Source: Isurus oxyrinchus (lineage: Eukaryota). Taken from it: a stretch of 62,515 nt of DNA. The notes under the pieces are model-generated. The model saw only the letters and a program-made list of their open reading frames with translations. It searched no databases and was not told the DNA's origin. Both the position numbers and the translations under genes were made by a program. How positions within the stretch are numbered: the first letter of the stretch is position 1; each line of letters opens with the position of its first letter. Shown here one piece after another: positions 11,000 to 23,929 of this stretch. The stretch spans positions 32,674,001 through 32,736,515 of the forward strand of contig JANJGN010000026.1 in NCBI GenBank assembly GCA_026770705.1, written 5' to 3'.

Positions 11000-11170
11000 C
11001 CCGCCAATTTGTAAATCAGGAACTTTGCCTGCTGATGTAACTTCTAGCGGAGACTAGATGTGAACGCCATCAAAAAACAATTACATAGAAAATCTGCCAG
11101 GTTCCGCTGTTCATTACCCTGAGCCACCCACTTTCTCTGAACTGAGTTTGAGAAGATTGTTAAGTAAGGG

Positions 11171-11186
11171 CCACCAGAGGGCAGTA
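11171..11186 (+). promoter_or_regulatory. CTCF-consensus motif
   Basis: CCACCAGAGGGCAGTA, about 170 bp downstream of a V RSS. Confidence 0.6.
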
Positions 11187-11394
11187 ATAGCGTGGATTAT
11201 GAAAAAGGCAGCATCTGTGGAAATATTAACAGATTTAACATTGCAGGTAAAGTACCTTCCTTATACCTAAACATATTCAGGTAATCGGCACGGACCAATC
11301 GACAGAGTCCAGGGTGCACTTGGATGATGGGTTGGCTGTTTGTTTGGCTGACGGGATTCGTTGAAGGTTGAAACCTCTTTTTTATTGTTTCATG

Positions 11395-11700
11395 TGGTTG
11401 AGCGTCGCTGGCAAGAACAGCATTTCTTGCTCATCAATTAATTTCCCTTCAGTAAGTGCTGGCGAGCCGCCCTCTTGAATCGCTACGGTTCATTTGTTGT
11501 TGTGATGGGATGTTGTGTTAGTGATGTTAGGGGGGAGTTCCGGTATATTAACCCAGTGACAATGAAAGAACGGCGATATAATTCCACGTCAGGATGGTAT
11601 GTGGCTGGGAGGAGAAATTGCAGGAGCTGATATTCTCTTTGTTTAGGTGGAAAATATTGAGGGTTTGAGACATACTGTCGAAGGTACCTTGACGAGTTCA
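11395..11700 (-). mobile_element. Decayed LINE 3' fragment
   Basis: Homologous to the fragments at 19030-19645, 48595-48920 and 53395-54030. Confidence 0.7.
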
Positions 11701-12159
11701 CTGAATCACAAAAATTTAAGTGCAAGCAATAATTTCCAGTGGAATCCAATGGTTGCCCTAGTTAACTAATGAATTTCTGCAAACATGGTAATTGCTAAAA
11801 TAGGCAAGCTGTAAATATTTCTAATGATCAATTCAGCCATGACTACTGAGCGCATGAGGTGTTCGTACACCCTGGATCCGTCAAACAGTCAATCACTCCT
11901 CTTCCATCGTTGAATTCATTTCAAATGTGGTATTTTTCTATTTGCCGCTTTGTTGTATTCAAATTCCTCAGGAGCCAGTGGCCGCGTGTATCATCTATGG
12001 GGAGTCTTCATAGTCAGACAGCAGCAATTGGGGCTCCGGTTCTGAAAGTAGAACAGCATTCACTGCTTTCCTTCTCTTCCTCCGCCTGACTGATTGAATC
12101 GTTATAGGGCCAACATTGGGTATAAACCCTGCCTCATTCCCTGTTGTATGAATTGGAGA

Positions 12160-12410
12160 TCAAAGGAGCTGTGAGCTAATTGATTGAATTGAAAACAAAG
12201 GCGTTTTCAGCTGAATGGATGTAACCTGATGACGCTGTCAGCAATGATCCAATCAGCAGCGATGCGGATGACTCAACCTCTCACCAATTCTTGGCGAAAA
12301 TAATTTCAGCTTCAGCCGATTGTCGTCATATCCACCGCGCGCTCTCTGCAAACATGTCGCCCGTTGCTTTGAACTTATTCTTCACAGCGGCAGCTCTTTT
12401 AGTTGATAGG
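12160..12410 (+). pseudogene. Orphan promoter and leader exon of the Cys23/Trp41-less V family (V exon lost)
   Basis: Leader 12354-12405 MSPVALNLFFTAAALLV, donor GT mutated to AT; upstream CCAAT/E-box block matches 5290-5492. Confidence 0.75.
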
Positions 12411-12827
12411 TTCACAAATTGCGAAACTCTGCGTTTTACATCCCGTCCTACCATTACATTTAATTGGGTAGTTCAGTCTACACAGGGGGGTGGGGGGCAG
12501 TGGGGGGGGGGGGGGGGGGGGTGGAATAGATTGATCCAAAATGTGAAAAATCGCCCCGATCCACCTCGTACCAACACGGAACACTGTCTTGGGAGAAGTA
12601 GGCGAAATTCCCGGAGTGATTGAGAGCAGAGGAGTTGGGCTGGGATCCTGGACTCCACTTGTGCGCTTGAGAGACTTTGGCAGATACAAGAGTTCGAACG
12701 AAACCCTCCGACTGTTCCCAGTTTTCCCTTCAAATCACCGGAGATGACGGTGAGGAACTGATCTCAATGTTCACTCAGGAACGTTTTATTGAACCGATCC
12801 AAGCACCTTCCCTTCACAGCACCTGAG

Positions 12828-13278
12828 CTGCAGGAAATATATTTCTATTTAGCTGCCATGATTTATTTCTCAGGTTCCGGGTGACAGGCCGATTTTGGGG
12901 CATAGACATAGTGAAGTGACATCGTTTAATTGAATATCGCTCTTGGCTCTTATAGGACATTGTGGAGGAGGCTCTGTTTCACAGACACCGGCTGCAGTCA
13001 CAGTGAGTGAAGGAGACGATGTTCAGCTGCTCTGTAATTATACAGCTACAAGCAGCATCAATCCTTATCTATTCTGGTATCGTCAGTATCCCAGCGGATT
13101 CCTAGAGTATCTACTGAAGAGAAACAGATACATGGCTAACACAGAGAGATTCCCCGGAGACCGTTTTTCAGCGGAGCTCAATGGAAGTGTCTAAAACAGA
13201 ATTGTCAGGCTCTGCGGTGTATCACTGCGCGCTGTACCCCACAGACACACAGAGCAGGGCTGAACCTATACAAAAACT
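12828..13278 (+). pseudogene. TCR V pseudogene with FR3 deletion
   Basis: Leader-like exon lacking an upstream ATG (~12828-12872). Exon 12956-13239: GHCGGGSVSQTPAAVTVSEGDDVQLLCNY...LFWYRQYP...RFSAELNGSV*, then frameshifted SAVYHCALYP. CACAGAC + 23 nt + ACAAAAACT (13240-13278). Confidence 0.9.
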
Positions 13279-15166
13279 GTCAGAACGACACTCAACATTA
13301 CGGAGCAAGGCGCAAACATTGTGATCGAGGTGAGTCTGAACTACTTCCTTAAATCGTAGTGACATTTATACATTTATTTCTAATTTATAGTTTTATTCTT
13401 AATAATTTTATCATGAAAAAATCTTAATGCGGGCATATTAGCAAAAGATAATACAATATTTATATGATTCTTTTCTTCATGTTCCAAAATGTTTCACAGT
13501 CACTGTTATAATATAATGTAGAGAAGGCAGCAGCCAATTCTTGCCCAGTAAAAGACTTCAATAAATGGCCGGCCTCTTTCAGTAATGATGACTGACCGGG
13601 GCAATTCCTCTCCTGTCCTCGAGAAAGTGGCTGTGCGATCTATGATGCTGAGAGGGCAAACAGTGCCATCGATTGAACATCTCATTTGAAACCTGGTACC
13701 TCTGACTGCACCATTCCCTGAGGGCGGCACTGGGGTAACAGCATTGATCCTGGGGCTCAAGACCTTGGTGGGGGTGGAGGGAGGGTGTGGGTGGGGAATG
13801 GGAATGGAAGCCTGAAACTTTTGTTTCAGGGGCAATAATGATGAGAACAGAACTTCGCCTGAGAAGTAGAGCTCTCAGGTTAACCCCTGTATGGTTAATT
13901 CTTAAACATCTGTATCTTTTTAATAATACATATAAAATGGACAATAGATGAGTGCAAAGCTTTTCTAGATGTGAGTGACCTAATGGCAGGCAGCTGGGCA
14001 GCCGCCAATTGGCGCCTCGGTCACCTTTTCTTCCTGAACAGGAGGTCAGTTTCCATGGGGGCCTCCTCGGTAAGTTCCCGCGTTGTCCTTACTGACAGGC
14101 TGCCGGTGTCCTATTGAGTGGAAAGTATCTCGGAACAAATCGGCCTCAGAATCTGGGAAACTGCAGGACGTGGTGACTGTTCATCAACTCAATCCAGCAA
14201 AAACGGATTGAAATAAAGAAAAGAAAACTGAAAAATAAACTTTACTGGTCCCCGTGGAAACAGGAAACGATAAGCTTAACCCCTGGAACCAAACGTCACT
14301 CAACAAGAGAAGGAACGACTTTTCCTGATGTCACGCTTTTCCTGACTCAGGATTTCCAGAAGCCTTTCCAACCTCAGGAAGTACGTTTCCAGTGCACTCA
14401 CTGTTGCGATATTGTAAACATTATTTCCACAAAGGAAAACGGGAATGTTTAATTCTCTGCCAGGATAGGTTGTCACTCTGATCCTGGAGCAAAGGAATTT
14501 GTGAGAGCAGGTGTTTTCCAGATAATTTCAACTTGCAGAAAATAGTAACCAGAACATTCGGTAACGAGCTGATGGACACCTCTTACTCTAAGGCGCATTG
14601 AGAAAACCTGCTAAACATTGTGCCAACCTGCTTATTCAGACAACCCAGTGACATTGGAATACAATGATTCATAGTGTTCATCCTCTAAGTCCTCTGTGCC
14701 ATCCCCCTCCTCCTTCAACTGCCATACCTTAGGAGGCCGTTGATGACCATGGACTTACATTGGATTGGGCTATGATTATGTTTGCAAGGTACTGCAGTTG
14801 TTTGTCGTTGCTTTCTGCAGTATTACTGACCAAGAATCTCTCCTCTCTTGTCACCTACCATCAAGCATATTGGAAGCATTTACAGACTGATAATCAACCT
14901 TTTTGACCACGTTAGGAACTGACTTTCTGTGGCCATAATGTCCTGAATTGAGACTTGAACCTGAAGCTTCTGACTCAACAGTATGGATGCTGCCAGTGCT
15001 CAGGAAGACGTTCTTCCATGCGTAATTCATGCATAGGCTCTTGCCCTAAATACACTATCGTTTGCGGTGAAGTGTCTTCAATATATTTCCTGTAATGCCC
15101 AGCGGTCACCTGTGACAGCGGTGAACTGACGGCTCTGTCACTTTTGGACAGATAAAAGGATTTGAA

Positions 15167-15180
15167 GCGCCATCTAGTGG
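15167..15180 (-). promoter_or_regulatory. CTCF-consensus motif
   Basis: CCACTAGATGGCGC on the minus strand; retained in the duplicated block at 36698-36711. Confidence 0.65.
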
Positions 15181-15716
15181 AACCCTGTCTGTGAAACAAC
15201 GATTCTCAATTTATTCTCGAATATTGCTGCATGATATTAGTGGATAATTATTATGGCATCTTATTATTTTTTTTTGCTCAGATTTTATTAATACTGCACC
15301 TGATGCCTTTTTTCATTCTTTTGCTTTTGCTACATGTGCTATTTCATATTAGTTGCAAGATTATTTGTCTGTTTTCCGACATGCCTACGTCATTAGTACA
15401 GTGACTGTCATTTGCACACATAGATGAAGTTCTCATTAATAAATTCATAAACCTACAACTTATGAGGTTGGATTGTAAATTTCTAAAGAATGGAATGCTT
15501 CTAAGCCCCCTAATCATAAAACAGGAATGTCAACCAAATTTCAATAAACGAATGTATCAGAGTATTTTTCTATGATTAGGAATAATAAAATGAAATTTTA
15601 CGGCAGTAATTTCTTCGTATGATCAACTTTGCATTTTTCTTTTAACGATTTCACTTCCATCACACTTACTTCTAAAGCCCGTGGGCTTGTTGCCTCCTCA
15701 GTCCCCATGTTGAGTG

Positions 15717-16034
15717 AATTATTGTACAGTTCCTCCTCTCCTTATTTCACCATGCCTCTCTGTACTGTAATACACGCAGCGTCTGACAGCTGAACCGTGT
15801 CAACAGTGAGAGTGATGGAGTTTTTCTCACGGTCCACCCCTATTTTAAACTTTCCCTCAACTCTTTCATTGCTGTAAGTGGAAACAAGATACTCGGGAGC
15901 TTGATTGGAGAATTGCCGTTACCAGAATACAATATCATTTTTCGTGAATATAGCATTGTGATGAAGCAAAATGGTTTGTCCAACAGTTCCCCAAAACATC
16001 GATATCTGAAATGTCTTCCAGTGACAAGGAAGAA
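15717..16034 (-). pseudogene. V pseudogene of a family with His at Cys23 and Ser at Cys104
   Basis: GQTILLHHNAIFTKNDIVFW*RQFSNQAPEYLVSTYS...KFKIGVD...SITLTVDTVQLSDA, frameshift, VYYSTER; CATGGTG + 22 nt + ACAATAATT. Confidence 0.82.
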
Positions 16035-16329
16035 CTGCGAAGGCATGAATAACATTAGCTTAATGACACAAGAGTGGATAAAGCACTTGCGGATTTTGGC
16101 AGAATCTACTAATCTGTCTATTGATCTCTCTCTATCTATTTATTTATCTGCATCTGTACATTCCGATCTATCTACCTATTTGTATATCTATGTATCTCAT
16201 CGTTTATGAATCTTTCTCACGGATATCTACTATCTTGGTCTCAGAGAGGCAGAGTTATTTCACTGTCTATCTCTTTACTTTGAACAAACAAATATCGGAA
16301 ATTCAATTTAATATTTTTTGATGCTCTGC

Positions 16330-16427
16330 ATCTGAGCCAACGTAGAGCCGCCAGTCCAGTTCAACCCGTTGCTCTTCCCATGTCTCCACCTACTAAGGCG
16401 GGGATCTCTGATCCTCACACCAAATGG
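16330..16427 (-). pseudogene. 5' remnant of a V exon (paralogue of 57765-58028)
   Basis: ttgttcacag acceptor then CEDQRSPP**VETWEEQRVELD, aligning with CEDQSS*PEQVLSREGERIELD. Confidence 0.65.
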
Positions 16428-17649
16428 CTGTGAACAAAAGAAAAACCACTGAACCACCACGGGGTACCGAGAGATTGGTTAAAAACAATACCTCTGATGA
16501 GATAAATAAACTCACACAATATCAACCGCAATAGGGCTCCAACAGGAATAAGGTCTTTGCCGGAGTTTCTGTTCATGACGATGAAGATGGACAAAGGGCA
16601 CATTCAATCAGGGTCTGATTTCCAGACTGCGACTTGTTGCCGAATCCAGGACTCTCAGTAATGGGGGGAGGGGGGAGGTGGAGAGGGGAGAGCATTACAT
16701 TCTCTTTTTGAATGTGCGACTGATGGGCGATATTCTCACCGGTTGGACAATTATGGGATGTTGCTATATGACATTATTCCTGGTGCCATCCAGCGATTGG
16801 CAGTTTCTCAAAACTTAGGCCACTTGAAAAGCCACTGCTTCCGAACCTCTCTGCTTCCTGCATGTTGCACCAGGTTATACTGTTTCATAATGCCTGTGCT
16901 CTGTTGTCTTTACAAATGAGAAGAGGCATAGTTATCTTACAACAGAAGGAGAGGAAGTTCAACCCACTACCCATGTGTGCTGGCTGTCACGTAGTGTTAT
17001 ACACTTACTGTGAATCATGTGTCTGCTGCCCGTATATTGTGCCTTAAAAAAAAATATTTTTACTGGTCAAATGTTGATCTATTTGTCTTCTAAATTACTT
17101 GTACATTTTGTTTTCATCGCTGTTTCTCATGAACCATCACATCCTCTATCATTCCACTGCTCAAAATACGAAAATGGTCTACTCTCTCCTCCACTAGAAT
17201 AATGGTAAAATTCAATGATGCCATCGAGTTACCCACCGATTCACTGTCTCTTTTTAACCTTTTCTAAACCTTTCCTGATTGGGTACAGTTCTGTCATTCT
17301 ACTTCTTAACCTTCCGTGTTCTGGTGAAAAGATCTCCAGCTGCTCCAGTTTCTGCTCAGGATTATCGTCTCTCACCCGGCAACATCGTGCACAGTTCATC
17401 CCACACACTGTCTTTCAGGTTGACACCAAACGAAAGAAGAGTCACAAAACTGACCCAAGAGTTTGAACTGTGTCCTCAGCAATGATCTGTCCAGCTTTAT
17501 TCTTGATTCTGAGTTTAACAATCCATGCCCCTGTTGATTAATTTGATTCTTTAACTCTTTATCTGCAGCTTGTTCCACACTTTCTGCATCTGGGTTCTGA
17601 ATTTTTTCTCCTCCTTTACCCATTAAATTAAATGTTTCTTCTTCGTATC

Positions 17650-17940
17650 CCATAACCTGTCAACCCCTTGCTTAGCAAGAGCCTATCTAGCTCTGCCTTA
17701 AAAATATTCAAAGACTCTGTTTCCACCATCTGTTGTGGAACTTCCTTTCTCAAAAGGCGGTAGAAGTGGAGACTTTGAATATTTTTAAAACAGAGCTAGA
17801 TATATTCTTGATAAGCAAGGGGTTGAAACGTTATCGGGGGTAGGTGGGAATGTGAGGTTCAGGTTACAATCAGATTACATGGCAGAGCAGGCTCGACGGG
17901 CCTAGTCGCCTACTCCTGCTTCTAATTAGTATGTGAGTAT
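17650..17940. mobile_element. CR1-type LINE 3' fragment with inverted 5' portion
   Basis: Arms ~17652-17730 and ~17760-17835 are reverse complements (aaccccttgctt...aaaaatattcaaaga / ctttgaatattttt...aagcaaggggtt), followed by a CR1-like tail. Confidence 0.65.
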
Positions 17941-18166
17941 GTTAGTTCCTTTCGGATTTCGTCTAGTTTGCATTTTGTTCGTGTAAGAGACAAACAGACA
18001 CAACAAATTATTTTTTTCCTTCAGAGGATTAACTGGATTGTTCTTCTGATGGTTACTGACAATTATTTCGCTCCACTACCTGTTTGGGAATTTCTAATGG
18101 GTCAAGCCTGCCACTTGCCGTTTTCTTTGGGTAAATTTGTTTTGTCGAATTCATCAAACTCGGAAT

Positions 18167-18290
18167 GGTCATTCGGACTCGAAACATTAACTCCGTCTTT
18201 ATCTCCACAGATGCTGTCAAACCTGCTGAGTTTTTCCAGCAATTTTTGTTTTTGTTTCAGATTTCCAGCATCCGCAGTATTTTGCTTTTA
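18167..18290 (+). mobile_element. Short Penelope pLTR insertion with ~16-bp TSD
   Basis: gtcattcggactcgaaacattaact...gtattttgctttta flanked by tcatcaaactcggaat (18151-18166) and tcatcaaacccggtat (18291-18306). Confidence 0.8.
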
Positions 18291-19029
18291 TCATCAAACC
18301 CGGTATTTAGCCCATGATTTTTTTTAAAATTTATTTTAGCGTGGAAGGGACATTTTCTACATAGTGGTAAAGATTGTGGACGTTGTATGTTTATGTATTT
18401 TATTTGAAGTGACACTAAACCATAAAAATGAAGTATTATTAACAAAAAATAAAGCATGCGCTCTAGGGTTTGGGCATCGCTGGCAATTCACCTACTGGCT
18501 GTCCATCCATAAGCGGACCTTTCAACGTCTGGATCTCCCAACTTTAATAATGTGGCCCAGCATGTTTGGCGCATCCGTTTGAATTCGTGCCCCACATGGG
18601 CAAATAATGCATTGGAGAAATGAAGAACATTATGGGGTGTTTAACATCGAGCCAACAAGGGCACAAGTCAGAGGAATTCCTTAATGAAACGTCTTTAGTT
18701 ATATCAGCCAAGTAAGAATGAGATCATTGAAGTTTGGCGGTAATGCAGAGGTGACCCAGGAGTTTAGTGCTTCAGCTTGAAGTCTGTGGGTCGGGAGAAA
18801 AAACCTAAATAGTCTTTTCGGACTGTTATTGCAAAAAGGGTGAACGACAATTGGACAGAGTGACAGAGTCCACAAATATGGAATTACCTCTGTATAGCTA
18901 GAGGGCATTGTAGGTGTTGGTGTTTTCTATAAAGACGAATTAAATTGGATTCTTTTAACCTGATAATGGATGATCAGATGGAAATTCGAGGCAGAGAGTA
19001 AGGGTAAAGAGAATTTAGTTTGGCCGAAT

Positions 19030-19645
19030 GCTTTCTCATCCGTCAGTATCCGCCAGAATCGGGCGACGAGCAGCTCACCTCCTGACTCCCCAAAGCCTGT
19101 CCACCATCTACAAGGCACAAGTCAGGAATGTGATGGAATACCCCCCACTGGCCTGGATGAGTGCAGCTCCCACAACACTCAATGAGCTTTTCACCATCCA
19201 GGACAAAACAGCCCACTTGGTTGGCACCACATCCACAAAAATTCATTCCATCCACCACAGACACACAGTAGCAGCAGTGCATATCATCTAAAGATGCACT
19301 GCAGGAATTCACCTAGGGTCCTTCGACAGCACCTTCCAAACCCACGACCACTACCACCTAGAAGGACAAGGCCAGCAAATATTCGGGAACACCACCACCT
19401 GGATGTTGCCCTCCAAGTTGCTCTCAATCATCATCCTGATTTGGAATTAAATCTCCGTTCCTTCACTGCCGCTAGGGTAAAATGCTGGAACTTCCTTCCT
19501 AACAGGACTGTGGTTGTATCTACGCCACATGGAATGCAGCAGTTCAAGAAGGTAGCTCCACACCTCTTTCTCAAAGGCAACTAGGGAAGGGCAATAAATG
19601 CTGGTCCAGCCAGCGAAGCCCACATCATGTCAATGAATAATAAAA
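19030..19645 (+). mobile_element. 5'-truncated CR1/L2-group LINE (ORF2 C-terminus and 3' UTR)
   Basis: HLLTPQSLSTIYKAQVRNVMEYPPLAWMSAAPTTL...MHCRNSPRVLRQHLPNPRPLPPRRTR; tail ggcaataaatgctgg...gcccacatc. Confidence 0.85.
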
Positions 19646-21123
19646 AAGGCACCTTCTGACTTTGAGGTTGATCTGCTGCAGTGATAACACCAACACAATA
19701 ATTGAATCCCTCGAGGTGGCGTGGAATAAATTGTACTTTGACAATTCCTGCAATTTAACTAATAAAAAATGAGCAGCATCTTGTGTGCTGATCTACTGTG
19801 GCTATCTGTAAGCGTGCAAGTGTGTTGTGTGTGTGTGTGTGAGGGGGTTGGGGGGGTGTGGGGTTCGGGGGTGTGTGTGTACACCTGTGCGTTCATCGGT
19901 ATGTGACTGTGCAGATGTCCAGTGTTCTTGGTGAGGTTTGTACTGCCCAGCGGCGGGCGCTTCCTGATTCCCCTGCAACATGATGTGCTTGCTCAGAGAG
20001 ATCTAAATGTTGAAGAGATTCCCACCAGCCTTCGGTAGCCTTGCCGCTGTTTTTAATTTCCGCAACCCACCGCCCCTCTCCTCGCCACACGACCCACTGC
20101 CCCCTGCACACACCCCCCACCTCACCCCACGCCCACAACCATTATATACCATTGATCAAAATTTCTCATTCTACAGCTCAGGCTAGGACGATGGAAGTGG
20201 GATTTTGGCATTGGTTATTGTCCTGATGTCTGGTCAGTGAGATTGGGACATTGCTACAATATTCCACCATTTTGTATAATTTCCCAGATCCATCTCTGGT
20301 GACCATCCTGTTTCCGATACTTCACCTAACCCATTGTGTGGCCACTTTTCATTTTCAGAGATAAGTAACGGGCATTCAGTGCCCCAGTCGAATCAAGAAA
20401 TCAAATCAGATGCTTCCCCAGGAAATTATAAAGGAAATGAATGAGAAAATACATCCTGATCCAGGCAGGTTTGTCCAGCTTGAATCATCTCTGTCAGTCT
20501 AAAGAAAATTTAAATTTCTCGATCATTTCAAGTCAGGATCAAGTTCAGATATTCCCGCCCCCGGTTTTAGTAAAAATATGTAGATTTCTGAATGAATACC
20601 AGAGCCCCCATCTCCTGGCTTGACCCTTCAGGTCAAATTTTGAAAAGATCCTTCACCATTGCAGAGTCATGATCGCCTAATTACGTTCCTCATTCTCTTT
20701 CGGTTAAGACTAGTCATGCAACCCATTGTCTGCGGAATGATTTTGATTATTTTCCACTTCACGTGTTACAGGGGGGATTGGGGGTGGAGGAGGGAGACAG
20801 ACAGAGAGAGAGAAACAGAGAGGGGAGGGGGGTCAAAGCGTGAGAGAGAAAGACAGAAAGAAAGACAGAAAGAAAGAACGAATGAAAGAAAGAAAGTCAG
20901 AGGGATAGAGAGACAAGCCAAACCAACATCCTGCATTCACACAGTAAGTGGAATACCTTCTGTCTTTAATATCAGAAAGAATGGTCAATAAATTTAAAAC
21001 ATTCTGCGATTCTCTATCATATTCAAAACCAGATATTACGTGCTCCCATGTCTCTTTCTGATAATAGCATTCATGAGCGTATTTACTCCCGGAATTTCGA
21101 CAAACTTTGTGTTTTTGTTACAG

Positions 21124-21445
21124 GAACCAGTGGCCAAGATTCAGTGTCTCAGGATCCTCCTGAATTAATGGTTCAAGGAAGACAGACGCCGATCTGTAGT
21201 TACGCCACATCCACCAGCAAACTCGACTGATACATCAAATATCCCGGTGGTGTTCTGAGATTTTTACTGAAGAGTTTTGGCAATGGGCAAGGACATAATT
21301 CTCCAGTTTTCTCAGAAAGGTTTTCTCCTGATTTGGATAAAAAGAAGAAACCTGCCCATTTAACCCTTGTCCCTGACTCTGCCGCGTATCACTGAGCACA
21401 GAGCCCCATGCTGTTACAGAGCCACAGTCAAGGTGTAAAAAACGC
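21124..21445 (+). pseudogene. TCR V pseudogene ('KDSVSQDPP' family)
   Basis: GTSGQDSVSQDPPELMVQG...ICSYATSTSKLD*YIKYPG...RFSPDLDK...DSAAYH*AQS; CATGCTG + 23 nt + AAAAAACGC. Confidence 0.87.
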
Positions 21446-21994
21446 GAGAAAGCGCCCTCATCTACCGTCTCAGAATCAGTTCTGTGGCCTGGATTGTTAA
21501 CTGGTAATAGAACCGAAACCAAATTAAAGACTAGTATGGCTGAATGGCACATTGCTACGTTGCAGGCCCTGTGTCATTCTCTGGAGCCTTCCTCTTAATA
21601 TCAGCTGTGGGTGTTTTCCATGGTCAGTAAGCAGCACCTTTAATGCAGCCTGCGGCATTCATACAAGGACAACATTAACCATTTACCTTCATTGCCAACT
21701 CCTCACACACTGAGCCCCATGAAAGGGCCAACGTTTAGTTGAATCCTCATCTCGATCCCCGCTGGAGGAATAATAACTTCACTGATCAGTTGCACTCCTC
21801 TCTGACGCAACTAACTGGAGAGCAATGGACCTGTGGGCTGATTGGATGAATTGGGGGACAAAGGATCGTGGAGCTGATTGGTCGTCACTTGATGACTCTT
21901 TAAGGAATGGACGAATCGCTGGGGAGACCGGATATAAATGAATGTCTTTAACTCCTCAATTACAGATTCAATCCACTGCCAATTCGGGGCAAAG

Positions 21995-22284
21995 ATGTTG
22001 GCTTTTGCTTTTTATTCATTTCTCATAGCTCACACCCGGTAAGTCTACAAGTTAGCCAATCTTCCTCTTGCAGGACTCATTGACATTCATTTAATGATGT
22101 TTCCCTCTACCTACATTGTGATCTGTTACATTATGCTGCTAGTTATCATAAAATGACAATAAAATAAGATATTAACTTTCTTTATACCTAAATATCTGCA
22201 GAAACTCAGGGTGCAGACTCCATCTCACAAGAGCCGGTTACATCAATGTGATTTGTAGGAGATGAGGTGACAATTAAGTACTGA
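21995..22284 (+). pseudogene. Truncated member of the Cys23/Trp41-less V family
   Basis: Frameshifted leader 21995-22038 with gtaag donor. Exon from 22202: TQGADSISQEPVTSM*FVGDEVTIKY*, with Tyr again at the Cys23 position (22279-22281). Confidence 0.82.
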
Positions 22285-23929
22285 AATTGGGCAGCTTTGG
22301 CACTGAGACATAATCCCAGCCTGATGGGATAAATGGAAGTGGATATTAATTCATTCTGCAGGACTCGGTGATGAGGTGTCATTATTTGTCCTCATTATTT
22401 GTCCTCAAATTACGACTCCAATCCCAGAGAAATGTGACTGGTTCTTTAAAGCTTTGACAAATGAAAGAAAGTTGTGCGTTGTAGCAGGGCAAACAGAGAT
22501 GGGACACAAATATAAAGAAAAGGTGAAGGAAATACTGAGTAGGTCGGGCAGAATCTGAGAATAACAACAATATAATTAATGTTCTGAGACAGTGACCTTT
22601 CATCAGAACTAGGACGCTTTTACTTGGAAATGAAGGGGAGGGAGAGAAGAAGAACTGAAGGGACGAACTATGATGGGGTGCAGGGAGAAGAGATTAAATA
22701 AGAAAAATATTCATGGTGCAGTAACTGGACATGTAAAGAAACAGAAAATGTGTCCACAGGATGTGTGAATGGCAGGTTTCTGAAAAGTAGGATTCAAAAA
22801 GCAAAGAAAATGGAATAAGGACACATCAGAAACACAAAACAAAACCAACTGGCGAGGAAAATAGAAATAAAATTGGAAATCAATTCGGCTGGCCAGTAAT
22901 GCCCACATCCGGAGGATGAAGAAAACTTCCTGAGCCATTACAACACATGATTATTACATCTCAAAATCATCATTGCATCCTCTCCCCTTCCTTCTCAGTC
23001 TACTACCTTTAATTAAAGTTATGGAAAATTCTCTAGTTCATCTTCTTTATGTCTAAAACACTTTAGTCCAGTTTTGGTGACTTGATGAGCTCTTTGTGTG
23101 GTCGACAATTTCACTTGAAATGTTCAGTTTCACAATGAAAACACGCCTGTTTTCCATTACAGGAATTCCCAGCAGGGAACAGATTCGTTTTAAATCAATT
23201 AACATCAATGGTTCAATGCAACACATGTAGGTGATTCCCTCATGGAGGGGCGGGCTCCACTCTCGGGAATGGATGGAGTCTGTTGCGTGATCCGGACATT
23301 GCACACAGAGCTCTGAGGCAGATTCTCCTCAAGAAAACGCTAAATTAAAATTAAAAAGTGCATTTTTCTGCATCTTGGAAATTAGAGATTTAAACAAGAA
23401 TTAAGTGCATATAACGAACGGTGCTAGAAACAGGAGTAAGGCAAGTTACGAAATGCATCTGAATCCAATAAGTGGTTTCTTCACAAGTTAGTTCAAATGT
23501 CTTACCCTATCACTAAATTGCCCAATCACCAGAATTGTTTTGGGAAACTCGAATACATTGGATAAGGCTTCATGTAAATATGTTCAAGGCTGAGTGAGAC
23601 AGATTTTTGATCCACCAGATAATCTCCTGTTATGGCTGACATGTAGGAGAGTGGAGTTAAAACACAGTCAGATCAACCATCTAACTGACTGGCCGAGCAG
23701 ACTTAAGCGCCAAATGGCTGCTCGTGCTCCTATTACTTATCTTCTTAATTCTTAAGTTCTTTTGCAACACGCCTAAGAAGAAATCACCTGGCCGTTATGA
23801 CTTTGCTGTGTGTGGAATCTTGTTGTTTGTGTATTCACCGCCAAGTATCATATATTACAACAGTTGATTGGCTGTGAGGATCTTTGGGATATTGTGTCCT
23901 TCTGAAATGCGCTATATAAATACACGAAG

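Noticed and set aside
17200-17480. Conserved stretch shared with 56700-56950 that might be an exon
   Set aside because: The minus strand reads as an old CR1 ORF2 relic carried along in the segmental duplication
23150-23340. Acceptor plus CACAGAG...agaaaacgc RSS-like pair
   Set aside because: Spacer about 20-21 nt and the intervening sequence is not V-like
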